64,000 nt of DNA, taken from the NCBI GenBank assembly GCA_951406725.2, contig OX597831.1, positions 53,010,001 through 53,074,000 of the forward strand, read 5' to 3'. The notes under the pieces are model-generated. The model did no database searches. It saw nothing but the letters and a program-made list of their open reading frames with translations, and had not been told where the DNA came from. This document shows positions 63,734-64,000 of this stretch, one piece after another. Source of the DNA: Octopus vulgaris. Taxonomy: Eukaryota. The position numbers and the translations under genes are program-made. Numbering within the stretch: position 1 is the first letter of the stretch; every line of letters begins with the position of its first letter.

Positions 63734-63898
63734 CTGGTGGCTTCTGAGTCTGTGGCTGAGTATTAATGTTGTTATTCTGATGAGAATTCTCAGAACGTCG
63801 AGGTGTCGGTTGTTTGAGACCTTTTCCAATAGTGATGGCCTGAATTAGAGTATTGGTATCTGCCATTGAAGATGTCTGTGGCTGTGCCGATTTCTGAT
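63734..63898 (-). CDS. MED8: MED8 penultimate coding exon
   Basis: cttcag|...|gtaagt, 165 nt, phase 1-1. QKSAQPQTSSMADTNTLIQAITIGKGLK... matches the MED8 DTNAL.AA...GKGL motif. Confidence 0.92.
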
Positions 63899-64000
63899 CT
63901 GAAGTCCAAAAGGTAAGAAAAATTCATTTCCAGTAGACGACAGCAATATATGTGTCAGAGGTACCTTATCAATATGACCCAAATAGATATGATAGCTGGT

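Overview
AT-rich eukaryotic (metazoan) genomic DNA. The tRNA-derived SINE families and repeat landscape look like those of an Octopus/coleoid cephalopod genome; this is an inference. Most of the + strand is a multi-exon CARM1/PRMT4 gene (type I protein arginine methyltransferase). I traced 13 coding exons by hand from 2654 to the stop at 46864, all with GT-AG junctions in consistent phase, giving about 548 aa. The first exon lies upstream of the window. The last two coding exons of MED8 (Mediator subunit 8) lie convergently on the - strand at 62654-63898. The introns contain a full-length decayed mariner, many SINEs, piggyBac-like and Tc/pogo-like MITEs, and RTE, L1/Tx1 and Penelope fragments. 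The most unusual features are: (1) two TSD-flanked fold-back insertions with related tails and hammerhead-ribozyme-like cores (Penelope-like), one of which carries as its loop an exact 82-nt copy of host intron sequence from 2.2 kb downstream; (2) a SINE-depleted 12-kb stretch of the long CARM1 intron holding candidate cassette, frameshifting and poison exons, next to a penultimate exon that is open in two frames. Nearly all ORFs in the supplied track are spurious. All coordinates were read by eye and no searches were run.
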